A stretch of 64,000 nucleotides of DNA from Lama glama (lineage: Eukaryota), in the NCBI GenBank assembly GCA_028534125.1, contig CM052816.1, forward strand, positions 94,614,001 to 94,678,000. Direction: 5' to 3'. Below the pieces are notes generated by a model, which was given only the letters and a program-made list of their open reading frames with translations, was not told the DNA's origin and ran no database searches. Shown piece after piece: positions 52,988-64,000 of this stretch. The position numbers and the translations under genes were made by a program. Positions within the stretch are counted from its first letter, which is position 1. Each line of letters begins with the position of its first letter.

Positions 52988-53740
52988 TATTTATTTTTCT
53001 TCCAATTTTATTGATGGTTGGTAAACAGCACTGCACAAGGGCTACAGCATCAAGATTTGACTTAAACGTATATCATGAAATAATGACCACAATAAATTTA
53101 GTGAACATTTATCATCTCATATAGATACAAAGTCAAAGAAATAGTAAAACAATAAATTTGTTCTCATGGTGAGAACCCTTAGGATTTGCTCTCTTGAGTT
53201 TTCATATGTATTGTATAGGAGTTTTAATTATATTTATCATGTTTGTACCTTTTAACTGCCTTCGTCCAGTTTCCCTACATCATACCCCCACCTGTGGTAG
53301 CTGCAAATCTGATCACTTTTTCTATGAGTTTGTTTGTTCATTTGCTTTTGAAATATAATTGACCTACAACGCTATATTAGTTCCTGGTACACAGCGTAGT
53401 GATTCAACATTCCTATACATTTCAAAATGATCACCATGGTAAGTCTAGTTGCCAACTGCCACTACATAGATATTACATAATTATTGACTATGTTCCCCAC
53501 ACTGTACATGTCACGCCCCTGACTCATTTGTCTTGTAACTGAAAGCTTTTTCCTCTCAATCTGTTTCTCTCCTCGCCACCCCCGCCCCTCAGGCAACAAC
53601 CTGTTTGTTCTCTGTACCTATAACTCCGTTTCTGTTTAGTTCTTAGTTCATTTGTTCTGTTTTTTAGATTCCACACATAAATGAAATCATATGGTATTTT
53701 TCTTTCTCTGTCTTTCACTTAGCATAATACCCTTGAGGTA
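52988..53740 (-). mobile_element. L1MA9-lineage L1 3' end with composite double tail
   Basis: Homologous to 28623-29260, and continues into the canonical ttagattccacacataaatgaaatcatatggtat. Confidence 0.88.
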
Positions 53741-54947
53741 TTATTTTTAAACTATTAACGTTTATACAATAAAGAAAAAGAAGTATGTCTTCTCTAACTT
53801 CGGAGGAATTGGTTTATTCTATATGCTCCATTCCAACATTTTACTCCATTTCATACATATATTTCATATTAATTCGTAAGAGTAAAAAGTTGTCACTTTA
53901 CTTTTCAGTAGTAGAAATGCAGTTCAGTCTCTCCAATAACTAGTAAATCAAAACAAAAATTATATTCGTGTTCTTAGTTATCGCATTCTGAACAGGAAAA
54001 GAAAATGCAGAAAATCTCCCCTCCAGCCTGGGGTGTCATTATCTCCTAGGCTGGCAGTGACCTGCGCTTTGAGGGGCACAATAACCCACTTCCTGCAGAC
54101 TCTTTCATTTCACTTTTTTGATGCTTTTAGAAGATTATGTACAAGCCGCCAAGGTCTAGTTTCCATGGTACATTTTCTGTGAGGCGGGTTCATTAGAGTA
54201 ATTTATCTGGGGCTTGCATGACTTAGAAATGGGTCCAGTAGGAACTAAACCAACACCACCAACTCATTTCCTTTAGACCATTAAGCACATTAGGTGATGA
54301 TTTTGTCAGCTCCTCTCCAGCCAGATTAAACCAACAAATTAAAAATGAAGGATGCCCTCATTGCCTGCGAATTTCCTGAGCTGCTTCATCAAGGCTCCCT
54401 CTGGGGTCCTGATTTGCCCTATTGCCTTAAACCAACATATCGGCATCAGAAGCAGAACAGAGACGTTCTAATGACAGCTGCCACTGATGAGTTCTGATTT
54501 ATCTTCATGTAATTGTCCCCAATTAGCAACCACTAGGAACACATCATGGAACATTTATAAGTGAAAATAATGTTTCATTTAACAGGAAGCTTGAGTGACT
54601 GAAATACGGCAGTGGTCTTAATTAAGGAGAGGAAAATTAGTTTGTTCAAGTCTATAGGAGGAGCAGGATTTAACAGTTAAAAAAAGGAAAGATTACCACA
54701 CAGTGGTGTAAAAAACAGTGCTGTTGGAAAAGGATGGGTTTTGTTTATGTGTGTGGACATCACCCTCACCCCTCCCCAACAGAGGAAAAATTTTCCCCGC
54801 TGTGGCCTTCTCTTGAATCAAGATATGCACTGAGTTTAAGAAAAAAAGTGGTTACCTGTCTGTTTAGATGTGTAAACATTTAATTACAGTTTCATTATTT
54901 TTATAACAGGATTTGTCTCGGTGCAACGTTAAATAATATGTGCTTTT

Positions 54948-55060
54948 TGTTGTTGTTCTGGGTTTTGTTTTTGTTTTGTTTGTTTTTTTGGAGCAGAGAA
55001 AGGTTTATTGCAGGGCTGAGCGAGGAGGACGGGTGGCTCATGTTCAGAAACCCCAAACTC
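54948..55060 (-). mobile_element. L1-mobilised polyadenylated retrocopy of an LTR-like transcript 3' end
   Basis: Decayed poly-T 54948-54989; AATAAA on minus at 55004-55009, 14 nt from the tail; TSD taatatgtgctttt (54934-54947) / taatatgtgctctt (55061-55074). Confidence 0.85.
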
Positions 55061-55334
55061 TAATATGTGCTCTTGAAGTATTTTATAAATGGGATGACTT
55101 ACAGCTTAGCAGCTGATTAGTGAATGTTTTTATTCCGAGTGAGGTTGTACAAATCAAAACACTGACTCCGTAGGTTGCTTACTTCTCCCAGTGATGCTTT
55201 ATGGCAGACGTAGAATCAAAGGGTTAGAGTTCCTTTTCGTCACAGTGCAGTTTTAAGGAAGACAAAATTCAGGGAAATAAGGGGCACACTTAGAACATGA
55301 AGCGAAAGTCCAGCATTTTACTCACTGTGCTTCA

Positions 55335-55705
55335 GTGAACACGTTAGTATGAGTCCCAGGCACGGAGCTTCATACTGTGAAATGCGGAGATGAGAACGCT
55401 ATTCAGTCTCTGTCCTCTGGGAGCTGACAGTCTGGCAAAGACCAATATGAAGATGCAAATCGTCGTGGCATGTTCTGATAAACGATAGACCTGCTCTGGG
55501 GTCTCAGGGCCTCCACCAGCCTAGACGTCTAAGGCTGGAGGCTGACACGGGCCCCTCCAGGTGGGCCAGGCTGGTCCTCACAGACCAAGCATGCTCTGCC
55601 AAGGAGCTTGGGTTTGGTCTCACAGACAATGAGGGACCACGGAAGGCTTTTGAACTAGAGATGGCCGTGATTAGATTTCTGCTTTACAATGTTGATTTCA
55701 GTGAC
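55335..55705 (-). mobile_element. L2 fragment
   Basis: ctctgtcctctgggagctgacagtctgg; ccaaggagcttgggttt; gggaccacggaaggcttttgaa. Confidence 0.7.
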
Positions 55706-56734
55706 ATGGCGGGTAATTGACAGGAGCAAGAATAAGCTGCAGGCGTGAAGAGGAGGAGAGAGGCAGTTGGGTGGAGTGAATAGGGGAGAAGTCGGGGGAT
55801 TGGTCGATAGTCTATGTGTGCCGGGACCTTCACAGGCGTTATCACTGACTCCCACGACAGCAAGCTGGGGTAGCTCATGTTTAGAGCTGGCTGTGTAATC
55901 TGCAACGCCCGCTTCAAAAGGAGTATTTCAAGCTTGTCGTTCAAAAAGCAGGAAGGGAAATGCCATTAAGAGTACTAAAAAGATACTAAAGCTTTTTTCT
56001 TTCTTCCATGGTCTGTCTCTCAACTTATCTTGATGGGTTTTATTTACTATTTAGTCTTAAGTGAAGAAAAATTAAAATTTCAAATCATTTGCATGAAATT
56101 TACCATTTGTCTTTCTATTACCATAGTGCCAGATTTAAAGGCAAATAGAAGAGCTTAACTTGTCTGCAGAATTACAGAAATTATACAATTCATGTTTTAT
56201 AGTCTGTACATACCTAAGTATTTTGTTCTTACCCAAATAGTGGAAACACTGCACGAATCTACCTCAGATGTTTTTGTTTTGCTTCTCACTATGCACATGG
56301 TCGACTAGCATTCTCTTCCTGGAGAGGGAGGGAGGACTGAAAGGAAACAGGACCATGGGTTGACATAACTTCCCTTTCCATCTGGGTCATTATTCTTAGC
56401 ATAAATAGTTGGCTGACCTAGGTGAAGAATATGAGGAAGAAAGGCTATGATTGGGTACCTTATTCATTTATGCTTCTTAGAACATCATTGCCTTCTTCCT
56501 TCAAAGCATATTCCAAGCGCTACATGAGCATGAGGCAGTGGGAAGAGAGGACTCCACTCAGGCACCTGTTTCAATGCTGTGTTGGATTTCGCTTGCAAAA
56601 CAAGTTTGAGTTCAGAGGTAGAATTATTTATTATGCATTCCATGATGGCAGTGGTACAGCACTAAACCAAGCTTAGGACTCTCTGAGCTTGGGGACCTGG
56701 ACAACGGCACAGGTCTCACCGCCGTGAAGCTGGG

Positions 56735-56805
56735 TCTAATAACGTTATCTCTGCGCAGACGAGGAGACTGAGGTTAGAGAGGGCATGCGACTTTGTCCAT
56801 GTTCC
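56735..56805 (-). mobile_element. MIR core fragment
   Basis: cagacgaggagactgaggttagagagggcatgcgactttgtcca. Confidence 0.65.
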
Positions 56806-56832
56806 TGTCGGGCAGAAAGGAGTTTGCGATGG

Positions 56833-57283
56833 TGTTAAAGAAAAAAACTATTCAATAATGCTTGTTAAAGAACAGTAAGGCAGACTTTATTCAAGGCGGC
56901 TACCCCAATGTGGTTTTGTAGGAGGAGGAGAGATGGGGTTCAACTCCAAATACGAGGAAACAATGGGAATTTGTAGCCAAGCAGCAGGGGGCGGGCAGTG
57001 GAGGGAAAATGACTAAAATGAAATATCAGGAGTAAGGGAGACCCAACAGGATTCTTGCTGAATGCAGGCCAGGTGATCAGATGTCACCTGGGGGAATGGC
57101 GGAGGATGAGAAACCAGAGCAGATATCGAAGGTGATTAGATCTTGAGTATTGGTGATTCTGGTTAACCTGGTTTAGCAAGTTTCTTGTTAGAAGGAGACT
57201 ACAGAGAGGAGCATGAGAGCTCAAGATTGGGGCAAGTCGGAAAGAGAGCCCAGAAGATCCTAACCAAGGAGACAACGTTGTCC
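56833..57283 (-). mobile_element. MER31-like ERV1 solo LTR
   Basis: tgttaaagaaaaaaactattcaa...cagtaaggcagactttattca...caacaggattcttgctgaa...caggccaggtgatcagatgtcacctggggg...cagatatcgaaggtga; AATAAA on minus. Confidence 0.85.
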
Positions 57284-58414
57284 GGGGGAAGAGTGACTCC
57301 TTTACTCCAGGCGTGGAGAACTCACTTTATATTATCCCTTTGTTGCGTCAGGCAAGAGATAACAGACAGTGAGTTCCAAGGGATGTTTACAGTGGAGAAT
57401 GGATAGAGGCTAAGGATCTTGAAAATGACTTGGAGGAAGAAAAGTTTTAAACATTTCAAGAGCGTCAGTTGATATTTCCACCCCTTGGCTTTGAAATGAT
57501 TCCCTCCATTTGGCAGGCAGCGCAGCGCGTTAGTGAGGCCTCCTGTTCAAATCCGCGTTTCTTCCTGAGGAAGAGAACTCAAGGCAGACACAGCGGCCGG
57601 GCGATGGCGGTAAGATGGGAGAAGGGAAGGGGCTGACCCAGCTTCTCAGTTCCTAAAATCTGACGTTAAATGTTGGAAAGAAAGTGATTTTGTTCATGTA
57701 GAATTTGTTTCCCACTGCAATAAATATGGAAAGAAAGGGACAGACGTCATCAAGTAGACCAGTTTCCAAGAGCTGGGATGGTGCGGCGAGATGGTTTCAG
57801 AAGTCGACTGGCACTGCGGTAGCTCCCCTGCGAATCAGCAGGAGGAGAGGAGCGCATCCACCAGGTGAAAGTCTGACTGTACTGAATATGCTTCCAGTGA
57901 CCCAGTGGGTGCTGTCGCTTGAGGTCGCTCAGACTCACGTAGAACCCGTTAAGACATTTGTGTTGCCCTAGGAGTCTAAGCCAAAATACTATCTTAAATC
58001 TTCCTAGAAGACATGCGGAGATGGAGGTGAATACGGGAGCCTGCCGAGCAGGAAGCTGGGGTAGAACGAATGAGCTTTCATCCAGAAGCAGCACAGTGCC
58101 TTGCATGTGGCTGGCAGTGGGCAGGATGATTGGTATGTTATGCTCCAGGAATAATGCCTTCATTTATGGAACAAAGCAGAAATGAGCCCAGGGCAGGGTC
58201 ACCTGAGCTCTGCCCGCTAAGGGTGAAGAACAGAAAAGGTGATCACAAGGTGATCTTTCGTCCATTCCTCCCTTCCTCTTTACTCCACTATTTCCAATCT
58301 TCTTTTAATTCTAGTTTAATTATTACAAGAGAATCACTGAGTAGCTTATTGCACATAGAAAAATAAGTTTACAGCGAGGAAACAAAGTGGCACCAAGCCA
58401 TACCCCACTGAATT

Positions 58415-59010
58415 GATTTTTACCTTTTTATTTTGAAATGATCATAGATTCATAGGAAGTTGCAAAATAAAAGACACAGAGAAGTGCCCTGTAACTTTTC
58501 CCAGTTCCCGCCAGTGGCCACACTGGGCACGTATAGACCGGGAAATTGGCATTGGTACAGTCCACAGATTTCCCCAGTTTTACATGCCCTTCTGTGTGTG
58601 TACATGTGTATGTATGTGTGTGTTTAGTTCAGTGCCATTTAATTACATAAGTAGCTCTTGTAACCACAACAAAGATTCAGAACCATTCCATCACTACAAG
58701 GCCCCTTCCTGCTACCCCATTATAGCCACTCCCACCTTCATCCCCCATCCCAGAGCCCTGACAACTGCTAATCTGTTCTCTACTTCCATAATTTTGTAAT
58801 TTCAGGAATGTTATTTATCCTTTTCACTGAACATCATGACCTTGAGGTCTCTCCAAGTTGCTGCTTGTTGCATATATCAGTAATAGGTTCCTTTTTATTG
58901 CTACGTACATCTCCTCGTTATAGATACATCAGCTTGTTTAACCACTCACATGTTGCAGGACGTTTGGTTGTTTCTAGATTTTGAAAATTATTAATAGACT
59001 GTGAACATGT
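58415..59010 (-). mobile_element. L1MC-like 3' end
   Basis: ttttattttgaaatgatcatagattcataggaagttgcaaaa...ggaaattggcattggtacagtccacag...ctgacaactgctaatctgttctc. Confidence 0.85.
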
Positions 59011-61014
59011 GTGCACCCATTAAACATTTGAACTGAACCTCCAAATGGTTTAAAGACTACTCTCTAATGCTTGTAAGGAAGTAAAGATCTGTAAGACCAT
59101 GAGAGTCTTTCATGAATATTACATGGTTTCTGCCCCATGAGGGCACTAAAATGGAGATTTGTTTTCACAAATCATTTGTTGGTACTCAAAACCCCAAAAA
59201 GAAGACCCAGTTTTGTCTTTCCTGCAAAACAGGCAATGGTGATTTGCATAAATTTCCCTTAAGCTATCGAAGAGGTGTTAGCTTCATTTATATTGATAAA
59301 AGCCTTATCAATTCCAGTCAAACTTAGTGCCCAGGGTTTGAAATATCTGGTAGTGGACCCCACACTTCTGAAGCAAGAGCAGGTAAAGAAAAGATGTAAG
59401 CAAGTCAGTGTGTTTTAGCAGAACAGAAGGGTGAGGTGCACCCACACCCCACACGCAAGTTCACACACATTCACACACGTAAGCGCAGTTCTCACCCACT
59501 CACAGGCACACACAATCACAGGAAAGCGGAAAAACATAAACTTGACCCCTTCTTTTAGCCAGCGATGCCCCCAGGTTTAAGGCGCGCCCTTCACTGAGAG
59601 GACCCTAACGATGGGCGTAATTCCGGGGTATTGAATGCAAAAGGCCAAACCTTGGACACCTGAGGACCTTGATATAGGCTCCGCCTCCTCCAGCAAACAC
59701 ACCGACTAACCTTCTCTTGTCTAAGGAATCTGTTATTAATCATCAACCTGCAAAATACAGCAAGCTCTCTGTTCGCCCTCAGGATCAGTGGATAAAGCGT
59801 TCAAGTTAATCAGAGATCTAACCGTGAGCTACTGTGAGCTACGACGAACACCCAGGGAGGTTATGAATATGGCAGTGTATAATGCAGTGGTCAACACTTA
59901 GCACATAAACCACACAAACTAGTCAATTTTTGATGGTTTGGAAAGCATTTCAAAATACTGTAAGCTCTCAGAATCATTGGATTAACAGTCTGTCTGGTCA
60001 TCTGCAATAGCAATGTATGCATTCCAAGTTATGGAATCCACAGTATTATGGCAGTTGATTGCCTAGTGTGGCTGGCCGTCAGAAATTTTGCTTCGAATGC
60101 TGTGAAATTCTCGTGTACTAGTGGAAGCATTTTAAAAAATGACCTCACCCATGTGTGCGAAGTCTCCCGAAAAAGCTAGGGTGGGAAATACAGTGTGGGG
60201 TTTGGTGGTTTATAATATACCATTTTTTTCCTTCTTCTGGTGTGGAATTTTTACACATATGTCTGTTGTAATATAACTGCAACCAACTCCAAAACTATAA
60301 AAGCATTTCAGAAACTTGACTGTGTGTCTTTCCCACGGTAAGAGCTTGGCTTTGGGTAGATTGTACATTTAGGGTGATTGAGCCTAGGGCGAATTCTTTA
60401 CGGTTGCTAGAAACTGGAGTTTGTATTTTGAAGGAATTAAGACAAAGCAGAATTGCTGTTTGTGCCCGCCTGTCTCGCTTTAGCTGGCCAGCTCGCAGAC
60501 CTGACCTTGCCGTGGTCCTCTGAGATACGATGGATCCACATGTGTCCAGGCCTGAGAGCCTATCTCTTTGCGATATCAATTGCCTGGATAATTTGTCAGA
60601 CACCAACTCCAATAAAATTAGCTTAGGAATATGAATTTCCCCTGCCTCAGACTAAAGGAAACCAATACTAGCAATTTGGGTCTGATTTATTTCCTTTCTT
60701 CTTTAAGGTTTCTGCTATGGCAAGAACAGTAGTGTTGTCCGGGGAGGCATCCGGTGTAGGACTGATTGGAAATCTTATGGTTTAAAAAGTAAATCATTTC
60801 TCTTTGCAAATTACAGTCTGCCTTTTTCCCTTCCCCAGTTTAGCATGGGAGAAAAAAAAAAGACAATTTAAATTCTGCAAAACCTGTAACGTATTTGTGT
60901 GATAATATTAATTGGTCCTCAGCAAGGATGAGTGGAATTCTGGATGGTTGACCTGTTAGACTTTCTCTCAGGTCTCCACTCTTCTGCATGTGATGATGAG
61001 AGCTCACTTTGTTT

Positions 61015-61706
61015 TATTGGGTTTTTTTTTCTTTTTTAATTGAAGTATGCTTGATATACAATGTTGTGTTAATTTCTGTGTACAGCATAGTGATTCAGTT
61101 ATACGTATGTGTATTCTTTCTCATATCTAAAAGGATATGATTACAGATTATTATAAGATATTGAATATAGTTCCCTGTGCTGTACAGTAGGACCTCGTTG
61201 TTTATCTATTTTATATGTAGTAGTTTGTATCCGCTAATTCCAAACTGCTAATTTATCCCTCCCGCCTCCTTTCCCCTTTGGTAACCATAATTTTGTTTTC
61301 TTTGTGAGTTTCTTTCTAGTTGTAAATAAGTTCATTTGTATCACTCTTTTTTAGATTTTACATTAAGTGATCATGTGATATTTGTCTTTCTGTTTCTGAT
61401 TTACTTCACTTAGTGTGATCGTCTCTAGGTCCATCCATGTTGCTGCAAATGGCATGATTTCATTCTTTTTTATGGCTGAGCAGTATCTCATTGTATATAT
61501 ACACCACATCTTCTCTATACTGTCAAAACAATAAGTGCTGGAGAGGGTGGGGAGAAAAGGGAACCCTCCTACACTGTTGGTGGGAATGTGGTTTGGTGCA
61601 GCCACTATGGAAAACTGTATGGAGACTCCTTAAAACACTAAAACTGGACTTACCATATGATCCAGCAATCCCACTCCTGGGCATATATCTGGAGAAAATT
61701 CTAATT
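61015..61706 (-). mobile_element. Young L1 with 5' inversion (twin priming)
   Basis: Minus-sense 3' end to about 61518 joined to a plus-sense ORF2 piece (about 61524-61706, [21 protein letters not shown]...[11 protein letters not shown]). TSD agctcactttgttt / agcttgctttgttt. Confidence 0.93.
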
Positions 61707-61721
61707 AGCTTGCTTTGTTTG

Positions 61722-61880
61722 TAATGCCTCCTACGTTCCCAGCACTGTTTTGTGAGTCTTACATACATTACACATTTAACTTCCACAAGATCCCTATGGG
61801 AACATTGCTAGTAATAGCCCCATTTTACACATGGGAAGACTGAAGCTTAGAATAAGTGTCGTGCTCAAGCTCCCATGGTC
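61722..61880 (-). mobile_element. MIR
   Basis: ccccattttacacatgggaagactgaagcttagaataag. Confidence 0.75.
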
Positions 61881-62259
61881 CTGTGTGCAGTGGTGCTTTG
61901 AACACACCTCTCTATGCAACGGTCTTTCCAGTTCTGTGTGTTTCCTTTCCCAGGTCCCGTGACTGTACCAAGTCGTGGGAAGCTGGCTTTGCATCTCTGT
62001 TCTGCATGCCCAGAGCCATGGGGACCAGTCACCAAGAGTCTGCGGTGATGCTGTTTTACCATTTTCTCCAGGACTGGTTGTGACTGAGAGCCTAGACAGG
62101 GTCACACCATTCCTGGCTATTTTCTTAATGTCCCCTGTCCCTATTTCTCCATGTCTGCCCCCATTTTGACCCTCCCACAATGGACTGCAGTGTACTCTAA
62201 GGCATGGGTCATACTCATATAAACCATTTTAACAATGTATCATAAAATAGGAAACATGA

Positions 62260-62420
62260 TATACTTACTCCAGATGTGCCAGGCAATGATCACTTGATAT
62301 AAACTAATTTATTTAACCCTAAAATTGTCTCCTCTTGGGTCCAGAGAGTTTAAGTAATTTGCCTAAAGTGTCCTATACTGATAGAACTGAGCTCCAGTCT
62401 CAGGGAATGTGGCTTTCACG
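62260..62420 (-). mobile_element. MIR relic
   Basis: atgtgccaggca...ccagagagtttaagtaatttgcctaaagtg. Confidence 0.6.
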
Positions 62421-64000
62421 TGCCTGGACACTACGCACATGGTCTCCTAGCTTAGGAGCTTTGTGGTCAGATAGCTGTCCACTGTATTCCTGTAAACATT
62501 ATTATCATAGCTGTAAAATTACATTGAAAATGGTTAAAGCAGATAGAAGATGTGTGATCTAAGAAAGAAAGAAACATTCTAACTGCCCAGGGGAGATACT
62601 ACAACATTCATCTGGGGATATACCACAGATACTTACAGAGACCACAAGACAATACACTGAAAGGAGATCAGCTGTGCAGAAAGTTCTGGGGGAAGCAGGG
62701 TGACTTGCCAACCACACTAATAAGGCCTGGATACCGAGCACTAACGTGCCAGGGCAACAACAGCCTAAACGATGCTCCATGGGTACCACTTCTCACTGTT
62801 TTTTTCTGACTATGCTTTATTTCCACGATATTCAGGACTGTTGACCAAGGTCATTTTATTCTGCAGCCAGTGCCTGTTCTTACGGTGTGGCTGCATGCAA
62901 AGCTATATACCAAAGAAGACTTTATGTCAGAATGCAGTTTTAGGTCACGTGGACTTCGTACATATAAGGCCCTTTGTCCCTGTAGGCTGGACTCAAATGT
63001 CATTTCTGAAGCAATTTACTTCACCATAGTTTCTCTGGCTTATGTTTTAGGTACAATTGCTTAACTTGAAAGCAAAATAACCAAAAACTCTTCATTCCTT
63101 TCCTTTATTTCCTTTTGAACGATACTGTGAGCAGCAATACGCCACACAATGCAGTGCAGGGATGATGCTTTGGGCACTGAAAAGTTGAAAAAGAAAATGA
63201 GAAAACGTATTTGAGCAGGTCCACAACAGACAGAGTAGCTGTAGTGATGGCTTGCTCTGTGTCTTTCCTGACATTGAGAAAACTCTCTGAACTTTCGTAT
63301 TCTTTTTAAATTAGAAATGGCCCAGAGGTCGATAAAGAAACTATCATGCTAGAAATGATGAGGATGGAAACACTTGTCAAGGAACCCAAAGGTTATCCTT
63401 TGGTTTCAACCAGTTTCCCAGCCCACCCCCACCTCACGCCCTCAGAACTTGAACGTTAATGTCTTTTCACTTAGGATGTTCCAGCTATGTCAAACCTGAA
63501 CCACAGTAAAAGTGGCACTATCATTTTCCTCATGTGCAGCACGGAGAAATACGTAATTATATTCTAAACTGTTATTTCCCTCCATTCTGTATACTCATAT
63601 GTTTCAGAATTGTTTTGCATCATTTGAATTTCAACTGTGAGAGATTCCAGCAATGATGAGAATATGACATAGAAGGATTACGAGGATTTATGAAAGCATT
63701 TAACTAACGTGTTTCTAAACGTAAGAATCATGATTCCCCTATTTCAAGTATCAAAGACATTCTTAAAATAACGTTAACATTTTTTCCTCATTTTTCGTAA
63801 TGTAAAACATTTGAGGTAAAATTGAAATTCCCTTTTTACTCCTTCTCAGAGTTATTTCTCATTGTTCTCCCCCAGAGGCCACCACCATCGTGAATTTCAG
63901 TGTATCAGTTTAATCCACATACATAATATCTTTCTCTGTGTATGTGAATATATATACGTATATATAAGTTTAAGCCAAAGAATAACCCTTGTGTATATAT

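Overview
This is mammalian (eutherian) intronic or intergenic DNA, AT-rich overall. I can identify no protein-coding gene, RNA gene or CRISPR array. The identifiable content is interspersed repeats: about 12 young, 5'-truncated LINE-1 3' ends (one of about 2 kb carries the frameshifted ORF2 C-terminus), older L1M fragments, L2, MIR, MLT1 (ERVL-MaLR) solo LTRs, a MER31-like ERV1 LTR, and MER58A- and MER94-like DNA transposon relics. The L1 tail type, and the lack of any recognisable Alu, B1/B2, Bov-tA, PRE-1, CHR or Can-SINE, suggest a camelid or related cetartiodactyl (inference). Almost all ORFs in the supplied track are L1 remnants or chance ORFs. The best-supported observations are mechanistic: two twin-primed (5'-inverted) L1 insertions with TSDs, an L1-mobilised polyadenylated LTR-like retrocopy of about 70 nt, two copies of a double-tailed L1 3' end, independent microsatellite births at one L1 site, and a strong minus-strand bias of young L1s. 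Candidate exons and enhancers are reported as speculative. I cannot support a new biological system from the sequence alone. Repeat family names are from recognition by eye and boundaries are approximate unless TSDs are given.
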